Counted from the first letter of the stretch, positions 16,706 to 26,459 are shown. The stretch is 39,191 nucleotides of DNA from Candidatus Pacearchaeota archaeon (GCA_018303995.1 JAGVXB010000029.1:1-39191), one strand, 5' to 3'. Numbers and translations are program-made. Notes: generated by a model not told the origin, from the letters alone.

Positions 16706-18155
16706 GAAATTAATTTATGCTATCTTAACAATTATAATAATCGTAAGTGCTTCTTTTATGGCCTTGGATCTATTCCAAGTAGAACAGCTATATTCTTATG
16801 ATGCTTATTTTAGTATCGGTTATGCTAATTTATTTTTAGAGACAGGGGAAGTAACAAGTAATATTAATCCTCCATATTCTACAGAATCTATTTTGAACCC
16901 TACTGGTTATTTACAATTTCTTTCTTTGCATCACGCAATCATTAAAGTTATTTTGAGTGTTGATTCTTTTCTAGCTGCAAAAATATTCTTAATCTTTTCT
17001 ATAATCCTACTAAACTTAAGTGTCTATATATTGCTAAACAAATTTTTTAAAAATAATGCAATTATTCTAACAGCTTTAATTTTAATGAATTTTATTCCGA
17101 TAATTAACTATAGATTCTCATTTTTTGTTCAAGAAAATATTTCCCTTCTATTAGTTTTAGCGATATTTTTTGTTTTAATCTTGAAAGAGCAATGGCCAAT
17201 TTTAGTTTTATATCCTACAAGTCTAGCCATGCATCCAAAGCTAACTCTCTTCTTTACGCCTCTGATATTTATATTGTTCATTAGCTCAAAAAAGAGTGAA
17301 CAAGATTGGAAATCTTTAATAAAAATACCGATTCTTACTTTAGTGCTGAGCCTATTCTTTTTATCTCCAGTTTTTACAGTAATTCAAGGCTATATCTCTA
17401 ATTCTGGAGCCACATACCCACTATTTCCGAAAAATCACGTATTATTTGAAGTAAATGCAGAGACTTTGACAAACTTTCTAAATATATCTTATATATTGGC
17501 GTTTACATTTGGAATAATCTATAGTTATAATGTAAACAAAAAATTAAAACCTCTGCTTTTCACTTGGATAATCTTTACCTTAATTCTTTATTTTGTTTTT
17601 AGCTATCTTGATTTTCCGACTAACAGAATAATGTTATATTTAGCAATTTTAATTCCATTTCTTATTTCATCAACTTTTACTGGCTTTAAGAATTCTTTCT
17701 CAAAAAAGATAAATATTCTAATTATGATTATGATAATGATCTTAGGAATAGTATCTTTCTCAAACTCTCCAAACAGAACTCCATTTTTAGGATGGGGGGA
17801 TGAAGAATCCCAAGCTATGAATTATTTATATAAAAACATCCAAGATCAAAATTATTTAATTATTACTCCAGAATACTCTTTGCCATTTGGTTATAATCTG
17901 AGAAATATAGAATTTAATGAATCTAGAATATCTAATCTATTTAATCAATCTTTTGAAGACTTTACGAATTCATTAAATACTGAATATCCAGAATACCGCG
18001 AAATTTACATAATTTTAGGTAGATATAGTTGTTCTACACTTAATGCTTTATCCTCTATAAGTTATATGTGCCAAAATGAAGAAAAAATATTCTATTCAAA
18101 TAATAGGATTAGAGTTTTATATATTCAAAATGAAAATAGCTCTGTTAGGGATTAA
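16695..18155 (+). CDS. Polytopic membrane protein, probable GT-C-fold glycosyltransferase
   Basis: About 11-12 TM helices, first-loop SYDAYF acidic motif, a late R.MLY motif and a C-terminal soluble domain; lies in the GT operon. Confidence 0.65.
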   Translation: MKSKKLIYAILTIIIIVSASFMALDLFQVEQLYSYDAYFSIGYANLFLETGEVTSNINPPYSTESILNPTGYLQFLSLHHAIIKVILSVDSFLAAKIFLIFSIILLNLSVYILLNKFFKNNAIILTALILMNFIPIINYRFSFFVQENISLLLVLAIFFVLILKEQWPILVLYPTSLAMHPKLTLFFTPLIFILFISSKKSEQDWKSLIKIPILTLVLSLFFLSPVFTVIQGYISNSGATYPLFPKNHVLFEVNAETLTNFLNISYILAFTFGIIYSYNVNKKLKPLLFTWIIFTLILYFVFSYLDFPTNRIMLYLAILIPFLISSTFTGFKNSFSKKINILIMIMIMILGIVSFSNSPNRTPFLGWGDEESQAMNYLYKNIQDQNYLIITPEYSLPFGYNLRNIEFNESRISNLFNQSFEDFTNSLNTEYPEYREIYIILGRYSCSTLNALSSISYMCQNEEKIFYSNNRIRVLYIQNENSSVRD

Positions 18156-19116
18156 TAAAACAAGAAAGACAGGTTTAGAGACTTGGAAAGATAATTTGAT
18201 TAGATTTCTCTCTAAAAAAAATAAAATTAGAGAGGTCTATACTTCTAATATTATAAGCATATTAGCAGATATCCATTTTATCTTATCAGCAGATATAACT
18301 CATTCTTATAGTCAAACACCTGGCACAATCTTAATAATTTTATTGAGAAAAATTTTGGGAAAGAAACACATCCATACAGTTCACGGTAATTATTATTATG
18401 AAAATAAAGATAAGCTTGGATTGAAAAGGGTATTTTGGATCCCATTTAACAGATTATGTGTTCACTCCGCAAATCAAGTTACATTTCCTTCAAATCATTT
18501 ATTGCAAGAAATTATCTCCAAAGAAAAAGAGGTTAACCTGAAATATAAAGTCATACCAAATGGCATAGACTTGACTAATATTGCCTTAGTAAAAAGATAC
18601 TCTAAATCTCAGCTTAAAATACCAGAAGATTATAGGTTCATTTTAGAAGTAACAGGTTTTAATTTGCAAGAAAAAGCCCAAGGAATAGACCTTTTAATAA
18701 AAGAATTTAATGAATTAACTGCCATTAACAAGAAAAATATTCTATATATCCTGGGAAGTGGAAAGTTGCTTCAAGGATATAAAAATAAATATCAATCTAA
18801 AAATGTTAAATTTCTTGGATTTAGAGATGACGCCTTAGCTTTAATTAAATCCTGTGATCTTTTAGTGCATTATAGTAATCTTGACTCTTTTGGATATGTA
18901 ATTTTAGAAGGGCTGAGTTTTAATAAACCCGTTATTGCCCATGGATCTAGAGCATTTAACGAAATTTTAGGAAATGGACAAATTTCGTTAAGAGATATAA
19001 ATCAAAGTAATCTGGCAATTTTAGCTAAGAGGAGTAAAAAACTGATTAAAAAATATTCTCACTTGACTATGGGGGAATCTTTTTTGAAGCTATATAAAAA
19101 TGAAACATCTACATAA
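18130..19116 (+). CDS. Family 4 glycosyltransferase
   Basis: HIHTVHG, VIPNGID, YILGSG, FLGFRDD and DSFGYVILEGL..KPVI. Start set at ATG 18130. Confidence 0.9.
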   Translation: MKIALLGINKTRKTGLETWKDNLIRFLSKKNKIREVYTSNIISILADIHFILSADITHSYSQTPGTILIILLRKILGKKHIHTVHGNYYYENKDKLGLKRVFWIPFNRLCVHSANQVTFPSNHLLQEIISKEKEVNLKYKVIPNGIDLTNIALVKRYSKSQLKIPEDYRFILEVTGFNLQEKAQGIDLLIKEFNELTAINKKNILYILGSGKLLQGYKNKYQSKNVKFLGFRDDALALIKSCDLLVHYSNLDSFGYVILEGLSFNKPVIAHGSRAFNEILGNGQISLRDINQSNLAILAKRSKKLIKKYSHLTMGESFLKLYKNETST

Positions 19117-20050
19117 AAAGATTCTTGGTATAATTGTACTACTAGTACTTATAGCCTGGCTCATACACTACGGCCTATCAAACTACTCATCATTCAAGGA
19201 AGTATCTTTCGAAAACCCATGGTTGCTAATAATTATCGGAATAATCTTTCTTTTAGGATACATTCCCGTGTCTGTAATTACATATTACTTACTTGCTCCA
19301 TTCAATGTGAAACTAGGCAAGAAAGAAAGCTTCGGCTTATCAATTGTAACTGGATTCTATAATTTAATCATGCCATTCCGCGGAGGAATGGCTGTGCGCG
19401 GAATATACTTAAAGAAAAAATACGGCTTTTCTTATACTAACTTCCTTGCAACTTTAGCAGCGTCTTACATATTAACATTCTTTATTGCTTCAATACTCGG
19501 TTTGTTCAGTGTTCTGAATATTTACTTAACAAAGAACATAATTAGTTGGCCAATATTTACAATATTTTCAGGAATGTTCTTAATTTTCTTGATAGTAATT
19601 GTATTGTCTCCAAAAATACCTGAAACAAAATATAAGTTTGTAAATCATTTCATTAGTACTCTAAATGGATGGCACTTAATTAAAAATAAAAGAAATATCC
19701 TCTTAGCGGTAATTATTATGTCTGTAGTTCAATTACTTCTATCTGCATTAAATCTATTATTACAATTTAAAGTATTTGGAATTGATATAACTCTCGGCTC
19801 TGCAATATTCTTATCTGCAATGGGTGCTCTTTCGATGATTGTTGGAATAACTCCGGCAGGTCTAGGGATAAATGAGGCGATAATAGTATTTTCAGCTTCT
19901 ACGCTAGGAATCACTCCAATTCAAAGTTTATCGGCTACATTAGCCGGAAGATTTGTAGGATTCATTGTGCTTTTCATTCTAGGCCCAATATTCAGTTATC
20001 TCTTAATCAAGAAAGGAGGCTCTAATGATAAAGAAAATTCTCACAAATAG
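19100..20050 (+). CDS. UPF0104/lysylphosphatidylglycerol-synthase-TM (AglD2-like putative flippase) protein
   Basis: About 8 TM helices; FYNLIMPFRGG..R and ITPAGLGINE. Confidence 0.85.
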   Translation: MKHLHKKILGIIVLLVLIAWLIHYGLSNYSSFKEVSFENPWLLIIIGIIFLLGYIPVSVITYYLLAPFNVKLGKKESFGLSIVTGFYNLIMPFRGGMAVRGIYLKKKYGFSYTNFLATLAASYILTFFIASILGLFSVLNIYLTKNIISWPIFTIFSGMFLIFLIVIVLSPKIPETKYKFVNHFISTLNGWHLIKNKRNILLAVIIMSVVQLLLSALNLLLQFKVFGIDITLGSAIFLSAMGALSMIVGITPAGLGINEAIIVFSASTLGITPIQSLSATLAGRFVGFIVLFILGPIFSYLLIKKGGSNDKENSHK

Positions 20051-21605
20051 TTTCTTACAACTTTGCGTAATTTATTCGGTGTTGATTGCTGTGATGTATT
20101 TTGGAGTCATCTCACGTTATGCCTTGCATTTTCAAATATTTGCTTTAATCATTGCACTTCTGGGAATTTTTGCAATCTCAGAGTACAAAGAAAAAGAAAT
20201 TTCAAAGAAAGTACATTACATTTTATTTGTTTTAGCAATTCTAATTATTATTATATTAAGAGTAATTCCTTACTTGAATAGCAATATTCCTCTTGGATAT
20301 GATGCCGGGATATACAAGTATGCATTAGAATACGGTCTAGAAAGAAATGACTCATGGATCGTAACTGGCCCAACAATGGAACCAGCTTTCCTCTACTTAA
20401 TGGAACCATTAAAGCTATTTTTCAATGCCGATTTCATAATCAAATGGATATTCATTCTCTCAATTGTTGTTCTTGGTCTAGCTTTATACTGGTGCACTAA
20501 ACTATACCTTGGAAAGACACCCGCATTAATTTCTCTTTTATTTTATTCTGTTTCTGTAACTCAATTTCTAACGTTTACTTTCATGTATTTTAGAAATGTT
20601 CTTGGTCTAGCTTTAATGCTTTTTAGCATAGGTTTTCTAAAAAGATATCAAACTACTAATAAACGAAAACATCTCTATTTGTTTATTATCTTTGGTGGGA
20701 TATTGGGAGCAGTACACAGACCAACATTTTATCTTTTTGGTCTTTCTTACTTTTTCTACACTTTTGGTCCAGGCTGGAGAAAAAGATATGACTTCAAGAA
20801 ATATTTCGCTTATGTATTATATGGAATAATCATTCTTCTAATTGCAGTTTCTTTTTACATAGGAAGGTTTTGGCCTGCAATTACTACAATAATTGAACCT
20901 GTTGCATCTAGTTTTGTAGATGCTGGAGAAAGCCCAGGCACATTCATTTCATTTAAACAATATCAATTTCTAACTTTAGCATACTTTACTTTTGCATTAA
21001 TTGGGATATTTTCACTCTTAAAAAAAAGGAAATTTGACTTCCTAGTTATTTGGGCACTAATTAACGCTTCAATTGTATATTTCCAGTTATTCTTCTTTAA
21101 CAGATTTATCATTCACTTAGACATTATCTTGCTTATGTTTGTAGGTCTAGGTTTTAGTTTAGTAATCCAAGAAAAAAAGTGGGTAGGTGTAGGAATACTT
21201 TCGCTTCTATTCATTTCAAGCAGCTACATTATAACAAAAGAGTCTATTGGGGCAAAAAACCAGATTATTACAGAAGATGACTTATATTTGATAAGAGAAT
21301 TATCTGCCCTTACAGAACATAATTCAATGATTATGTCTTTTTCAAAAGAATATTCTCCGTGGATTTTAGCATACTCAAACAGAACAATTATTGCACCAGG
21401 ATTATTTGACGAAAATAAATGGAATGAAGCAGAGTGGAATATATTCTGGCGTGGTGCAGACAGTGAAAAGACTATAGAGTTGATGTCTAGATACGACACA
21501 AATAGACCCATCTACCTATATACAGGAACCAAAAGTTTTAACAACACCTGCTTCAATCAGTTTTTAGAAGAAAATGGGAGAAATGTCTATGAATATAATT
21601 GTTAA
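20025..21605 (+). CDS. Polytopic membrane protein, probable GT-C-fold glycosyltransferase
   Basis: About 13 TM helices, IPLGYDAGIY loop motif, H in GAVHRPT, FNRF motif and a C-terminal extracellular domain. Confidence 0.7.
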   Translation: MIKKILTNSFLQLCVIYSVLIAVMYFGVISRYALHFQIFALIIALLGIFAISEYKEKEISKKVHYILFVLAILIIIILRVIPYLNSNIPLGYDAGIYKYALEYGLERNDSWIVTGPTMEPAFLYLMEPLKLFFNADFIIKWIFILSIVVLGLALYWCTKLYLGKTPALISLLFYSVSVTQFLTFTFMYFRNVLGLALMLFSIGFLKRYQTTNKRKHLYLFIIFGGILGAVHRPTFYLFGLSYFFYTFGPGWRKRYDFKKYFAYVLYGIIILLIAVSFYIGRFWPAITTIIEPVASSFVDAGESPGTFISFKQYQFLTLAYFTFALIGIFSLLKKRKFDFLVIWALINASIVYFQLFFFNRFIIHLDIILLMFVGLGFSLVIQEKKWVGVGILSLLFISSSYIITKESIGAKNQIITEDDLYLIRELSALTEHNSMIMSFSKEYSPWILAYSNRTIIAPGLFDENKWNEAEWNIFWRGADSEKTIELMSRYDTNRPIYLYTGTKSFNNTCFNQFLEENGRNVYEYNC

Positions 21606-22155
21606 AAAACCAAGAGTTCCTTTACTGATTAAGTTAATTATAATTGCAATTCCACTGTTTATTTTTGGATATCTAATAACTGTAAATTTCATAATTGATC
21701 AAGAATTCAATTACTTCTATGATATTGGGGGAGAAGAAGATACAGCTAAGCCATATCTAACTCCTGTTGAAAGAATGTCTGAAATTTATAATAACTCCTC
21801 TGAAAATTATCGGAATGTTAATTATGATTTAGTTTATGTTAATCCTCCTATTCAAAAAGGATCAGAATATGCAGATATTCAGATGAGGGTTATTCCTCCA
21901 ATTAACCTTTCATTTTTATTAGGTGCAAGAATAAGTCAAGAGTGGAATTATACTTGGAATGAATTAAATTTAAGTCACGCACCATCTGGCCAGTGGGTAG
22001 TGGTAGGAAAGAAAATACAGCTATATGAAACTTACTCCATTAATGATAAATTAAGTATGGCTATTCATATTCCTAAATTCTCAAGTGCAAATGGAGATAA
22101 ATTTTCAATAGACTGGATAAATATAACTGTCTACAAACCAGGAGTATTTTCATGA
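21574..22155 (+). CDS. Membrane-anchored extracellular hypothetical protein
   Basis: One N-terminal TM helix and several sequons. Start may be 21583 or 21589. Confidence 0.75.
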   Translation: MGEMSMNIIVKKPRVPLLIKLIIIAIPLFIFGYLITVNFIIDQEFNYFYDIGGEEDTAKPYLTPVERMSEIYNNSSENYRNVNYDLVYVNPPIQKGSEYADIQMRVIPPINLSFLLGARISQEWNYTWNELNLSHAPSGQWVVVGKKIQLYETYSINDKLSMAIHIPKFSSANGDKFSIDWINITVYKPGVFS

Positions 22156-22538
22156 AAAATATATTTAAAGGAAACATTGCATTAACAGTTAATCATTTAT
22201 TTCAGGTCCTACTTGTAACTTATCTAGTGTTGCTTCTTGCCGAAGAATTATGGGCGGGCGTTGTATCCAATTATCTCAACTTAAATTATATGCTTGCTTT
22301 AGTAATCATACTTGGAATATTAGACGTATTCTCAGAGCCACAAATTAAAAAACAAAAAAAGGCTACAAAGAAAGACTATCTTTTCATAATTATATTAGCA
22401 ATTGCCGGCTTTTTGATAATAAAATTAAAAACATCTAGTTTAGGTTGGTTAAGCTGGGCAATTTCAATTATAGCAGGAGTTTTAATAGCACTTTTATCAA
22501 TATTAGTTCTGGAGGACAACGACAATGAAGTGGAATAA
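22152..22538 (+). CDS. 4-TM membrane protein
   Basis: Four hydrophobic segments; ATGA overlap with the upstream gene. Confidence 0.8.
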   Translation: MKNIFKGNIALTVNHLFQVLLVTYLVLLLAEELWAGVVSNYLNLNYMLALVIILGILDVFSEPQIKKQKKATKKDYLFIIILAIAGFLIIKLKTSSLGWLSWAISIIAGVLIALLSILVLEDNDNEVE

Positions 22539-22938
22539 TTTTAACACAAAAGGAAAAGTAGCTATAGTTCTAGGAATTATCTTAGCCGTAGCAGTTATAA
22601 CTTATATCATAGGATTAATCACTGGTTTAGGTATAACTCCATTAAGAATAATATTCGGATTAATCTACGTCTTATTCTTACCAGGATTTATCTTAACTTT
22701 CATCTTCTTTCCTAAGGGTAAAGAAGGAATAGATCAAATAGAAAGAATAGCTTTGTCCTTTGCATTAAGTATTGCCGTAGTTCCTTTAGTTATTTTTTAC
22801 CTCAATCTTATTGGTTTAAGAATAAGCGCTCTAAACACTTTCTTCTCAATTCTAGGGATAATAGTTATAGAATTAATTATAATTTTATTTCAACAAAGAT
22901 ATAGAACAAAATCCAACATTAAGAATATATTCTTGTAA
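22525..22938 (+). CDS. DUF1616-like membrane protein
   Basis: LRIIFGL..VLFLPGF..FFP..ID.IERIALSFALSIA pattern. Confidence 0.8.
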   Translation: MKWNNFNTKGKVAIVLGIILAVAVITYIIGLITGLGITPLRIIFGLIYVLFLPGFILTFIFFPKGKEGIDQIERIALSFALSIAVVPLVIFYLNLIGLRISALNTFFSILGIIVIELIIILFQQRYRTKSNIKNIFL

Positions 22939-22984
22939 TTAGTCTTTTGATCCCTTCGCCAACAATCGCCCCGAGTAACTAAAT

Positions 22985-23040
22985 TCAATCAGTCATAGAA
23001 GTCAATCCGCAATTGTCACAAGAAATAAAAAACTTTGACA
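22985..23040 (+). pseudogene. Probable remnant of a vapC 3' end
   Basis: TCACAAGAAATAAAAAAC (23016-23033) is identical to vapC 13473-13490 and is followed by TTTGA after a 2-nt gap. It reads SAIVTRNKK. Confidence 0.45.
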
Positions 23041-23044
23041 TAAC

Positions 23045-23746
23045 TTACTCAACTAAAAGGAGTAAACACTCCTGAGGGTTTATAAAATGAACAAACAAAG
23101 ATCCAGAGGTTGAACTAGTAGGCAAATAATTTCCTGCGCCAACACGAATCATATTTGGATCGCCTAACCATCGAACCTCTCCAATAAATGTAAGTGTAGA
23201 GTTATCAAATATTCCAGAGAAAATTGCCTCTCCATCATAAGTTCCCATTGAGAAATTAAGGCTGGCAGAATCCCCAATTAATATTGGATAAAAACTTGAA
23301 TTAAGCGTCTGAGTTAATGTTTGTGTAATAAGCCTAAAATTATTATGTGATGGAGCATTAACATAAGGTTGAAGAGTGTCTATGCTTATATTATAAACAA
23401 GATGCCCACTAACCTCATTTCCATAAATAAAGTTAGCAGAATTTGGAACAACAGAAATCTCTATTCCATCACAACCCTTTAACTCCTCTCCAGACACCGC
23501 GAACACACAAACAATTTCTTGATTAACCTCAAGGGATATTTCTTGAATTGAAACTCCCTCATTAGAGGTTATATTAATGCCTGCAAGAAAATCAATCGTC
23601 TCTCCAACAGTATAAGATGTAGTCTTAAATTCATACAATCCTAAATTTAATGCACCCGCCATTCCTATGAAAACGAGCAACACAACAACAAATGCAATAA
23701 CTCCAAGACCTAGAGCCCCATTTAACTTTCCATATCTGCTCTTCAT
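23045..23746 (-). CDS. Secreted/surface protein, paralog of 13562-14467, possibly C-terminally truncated
   Basis: YTVGETIDFL / YTAGETISFL, a conserved Cys pair, GHLVYNISIDT / GHIVYNVTIET, NFSM.T and G.GNY.P.S.TSG. Confidence 0.8.
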   Translation of the reverse strand: MKSRYGKLNGALGLGVIAFVVVLLVFIGMAGALNLGLYEFKTTSYTVGETIDFLAGINITSNEGVSIQEISLEVNQEIVCVFAVSGEELKGCDGIEISVVPNSANFIYGNEVSGHLVYNISIDTLQPYVNAPSHNNFRLITQTLTQTLNSSFYPILIGDSASLNFSMGTYDGEAIFSGIFDNSTLTFIGEVRWLGDPNMIRVGAGNYLPTSSTSGSLFVHFINPQECLLLLVE

Positions 23747-23855
23747 ATTAACAAAACTATAATTTAATTTATAAATATATGTGGTTAAAATGATATATAT
23801 AATTTCCTAGATTATAAAAATAAAAGATTTATAAATTCCCTATTCGCATGTCGAT

Positions 23856-24518
23856 GTGAAAAAACAAACAAGATCTATTCTTGCTCGAATAGTTCCAGAA
23901 AACGATGGAATGTATGGCGTTTTTCGTCTTTCGGCGTCAGCACCACGCGCTAACCTAAGCAGTATTTGTGGAGAATTTAGAACAGACTCAACTTTCAAAG
24001 TATTGCAATTCCCATCAGCAGACAAATTGTTTTTTTACGGTCTTGAAAAAGACTTCAAACCAAATTTTAGAACTCGCTCAGAAGCAGATGCGGCTACAAA
24101 AGTATTATTTCCAACCCACTTAGAGGCACATTATAGTAAAAGAACTCCTCTTGAAGAAAGAAATGGAATCGGTTATGCAAAAATCTCTATTGAAGAAATG
24201 ACATTCGACGAAGATTGGCATAGTTTGGTCAGAAGCGTCTTAAATCATTATCAAAACACCATGGATGAAATTTTAAAAAAAAGAGAAATAGTTAGAGTGC
24301 CTGAAAAAGACACAATAGCCTACAAATCTATGCTCGGCCAATTTAAGAAATATCCCTCTTCATTAATTGATTTAGTATTAAAAAGCGGATTTTATTATTG
24401 GGCAAGAAGAGATGACACTCTCAACCTATGCATGGAACTTCAACCCTTACAAGGGGCAGTCTCACAAATTCCAGTAGGAAAACTTCCTTTGAATCCTAAA
24501 GCACTAAAAAGATCTTAG
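23856..24518 (+). CDS. Hypothetical protein
   Basis: 220-aa ORF with a GTG start and TTTATAAA upstream; no motif recognised. Confidence 0.7.
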   Translation: MKKQTRSILARIVPENDGMYGVFRLSASAPRANLSSICGEFRTDSTFKVLQFPSADKLFFYGLEKDFKPNFRTRSEADAATKVLFPTHLEAHYSKRTPLEERNGIGYAKISIEEMTFDEDWHSLVRSVLNHYQNTMDEILKKREIVRVPEKDTIAYKSMLGQFKKYPSSLIDLVLKSGFYYWARRDDTLNLCMELQPLQGAVSQIPVGKLPLNPKALKRS

Positions 24519-24529
24519 TTTATGTAAAA

Positions 24530-25198
24530 CTACTTCATCTCTTGGCTAACAATTGCACCGTGAGTAACTGAATTCAACTTGTCATAAAAATCAATCTGTA
24601 ACCCAGAAGGAATATTCATGATAACTTGCAAATCTCCATTTGAAAGCCATTCTTCACTTTCCTTATAATCTTTTAACATTCCATAAACTTGAGCACTAAA
24701 TCTGGCAGGAATGGTAATCTTTATTTTCTTAGTTTCAACCTTAATTGGAATAACTGTCGCCAATTTGATAATTAAATCATTCATCTGCGCTTCAGCAGGC
24801 CTATTATCAAAACTAAAATGTACTTCATTTATTGCCTTTCTTATCCTATCGTCAGTATAAGGCCTACCGTGCTGATCAACTGCATTTCTAATAATTAAGT
24901 CGACTACTTGTTTAATGCGTTTCTCTCGCTCAGCATCTCTGAAATCTTGATCTTTTTGTATCTCACCTTTTTTCATAATTCTATCAGCTATTACATAAAT
25001 ATCAGATGTATCAAAAGCAGCCTCAAGCTCTGCCTTAGAACAAGTCATCCCTTTTCTAACGTCAGTATAAATTGCAGGAGAATTCAAAGCAGCAGAAACA
25101 TTTCCCTTTCCAGCACGCACTTTAAGAGCTTCATCCAAATCTACAGAAATCTCAAATTGCTTTCCCTTTACCTTAATGCGTGCTTCAACTTTTGCCAT
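24530..25198 (-). CDS. sdo1: Ribosome maturation protein SDO1/SBDS
   Basis: ARIKVKGKQFEISVD, AAFDTSD, GEIQ, IPIK and EEWLSNGDL..IPSGLQ..LNSVTHG. Confidence 0.94.
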   Translation of the reverse strand: MAKVEARIKVKGKQFEISVDLDEALKVRAGKGNVSAALNSPAIYTDVRKGMTCSKAELEAAFDTSDIYVIADRIMKKGEIQKDQDFRDAEREKRIKQVVDLIIRNAVDQHGRPYTDDRIRKAINEVHFSFDNRPAEAQMNDLIIKLATVIPIKVETKKIKITIPARFSAQVYGMLKDYKESEEWLSNGDLQVIMNIPSGLQIDFYDKLNSVTHGAIVSQEMK

Positions 25199-25247
25199 GT
25201 AATGATTTGATATATAGATTATTTAAAGATTTAGTTCTCATATCTAT

Positions 25248-25487
25248 CTAATTTTCTTGATGAATGTCTCTGCATACCATTGTTAAATCTTCAGCAGTAG
25301 TAAAAACCCCCAAATATCTAATTAATTCAGGTAATCTGCTCGTACGGATAAATCTTTTACGTCTCTCTGAAACATACAAGCCTTTTTCTCTAGCACCAGT
25401 TTCAATTGATTTATAACTTCTAGGATTTCCAATTACTTGAAGCCCTGCCCGAATATCATCTATTGTAAGCATATCCATTTTATCCAT
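25248..25487 (-). CDS. Hypothetical protein, possible winged-HTH; paralog of 941-1264
   Basis: Collinear motif match to the 941-1264 product. Start set at ATG 25487, with CTTAAAAA upstream. Confidence 0.7.
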   Translation of the reverse strand: MDKMDMLTIDDIRAGLQVIGNPRSYKSIETGAREKGLYVSERRKRFIRTSRLPELIRYLGVFTTAEDLTMVCRDIHQEN

Positions 25488-25541
25488 AAAATTCAAAAAT
25501 TATATGGCTTTTTAAGGGTTGCTGAGTACTAAGATATTTTT

Positions 25542-25667
25542 CTAAGCGTGCAATTCAATGTGCTTTATTTCTTCCTCAATTGATACCATAGCTTTACGAA
25601 TTCTTGCTATATGTTCTTTATTGCTGTCTTCATGGGATTCATTCTGTTGTTCATTTATTTTATTCAT
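25542..25667 (-). CDS. Small putative coiled-coil peptide (41 aa), absent from the ORF track
   Basis: Own translation: MNKINEQQNESHEDSNKEHIARIRKAMVSIEEEIKHIELHA*. It fills the gap on the same strand as its neighbours. Confidence 0.5.
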   Translation of the reverse strand: MNKINEQQNESHEDSNKEHIARIRKAMVSIEEEIKHIELHA

Positions 25668-25733
25668 AACTAAACTAGAGCATAATACTATAATAATGTA
25701 TGCTGTATATTATTATACTACACTTTCTAAGAA

Positions 25734-26459
25734 TTATTTGGCATACTTCTTCAAATCTTCACCATGAACTCTAACTAACTTACCTTCTTTAAGTGAAATC
25801 ATTCCAACATCGAATCTAGAGACTTCAAAATTCTTTCCAAGAATTTCCTTAAATATTTTAATTACAAACTTAACTCCCTCATCCATAGTCATATCATCTT
25901 TGAATCCCTTTCGTAACTCTTCCTTAATTTGTTCATCATTCTCTCCAATAGAATTAGCCCTATATGCAAAAAAGTTTCCAGTAATATCTGACGTATATAG
26001 GTGAGGTCTATTTTTTGAAACTCCAGCAATCATTATTGAAACTCCATACGGACGTGAGCCTCCATATTGTGTGTATGCTTGCTTATTATCTGCAATCATC
26101 TGTATAACACTTATAGGATCTACAGGCGTTCCGTATGAGACTTTATGTTGCTGAGCAAGCAAACGAGCACGGTCAATCAAAACGCGGGCGTCAGAAGCAA
26201 TTCCGGCAGCAGTAGCCATAACATGATCATCAACTTCAAAAACTTTAACAGCAGATTCAGGAGCAATTAAGTTGTCACGAATACGCTTGTCTGCAACAAA
26301 TATAACGCCGTCCTTGCAAACCAATCCGACACTATTACTTCCAAGCTTTACAGTCTTCTCTGCGTACTCGACCTGAAGCAAATGTCCCTCAGGAGAAAAC
26401 ATAGTCGCAGCTCGGTCATATCCCATAGCTTGATGTTGCATTTCTGTTGGCATATCCAT
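25734..26459 (-). CDS. psmA: Proteasome subunit alpha
   Basis: GYDRAATMFSPEGHLLQVEYA and YTQYGGSRPYGVS. Confidence 0.97.
   Translation of the reverse strand: MDMPTEMQHQAMGYDRAATMFSPEGHLLQVEYAEKTVKLGSNSVGLVCKDGVIFVADKRIRDNLIAPESAVKVFEVDDHVMATAAGIASDARVLIDRARLLAQQHKVSYGTPVDPISVIQMIADNKQAYTQYGGSRPYGVSIMIAGVSKNRPHLYTSDITGNFFAYRANSIGENDEQIKEELRKGFKDDMTMDEGVKFVIKIFKEILGKNFEVSRFDVGMISLKEGKLVRVHGEDLKKYAK

Noticed and set aside
16695-21605. Calling either large membrane protein AglB
   Set aside because: No WWDxG motif; kept as generic GT-C-like.
25683-25716. loxP-like look: ATGTATGC core between AT-rich arms; also considered as a dif site
   Set aside because: The arms do not match loxP or the 11-6-11 dif layout, and no tyrosine recombinase is in the window; likely chance.
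25558-25767. 69-aa + strand ORF
   Set aside because: Overlaps the psmA end and is antisense to a more plausible 41-aa ORF.
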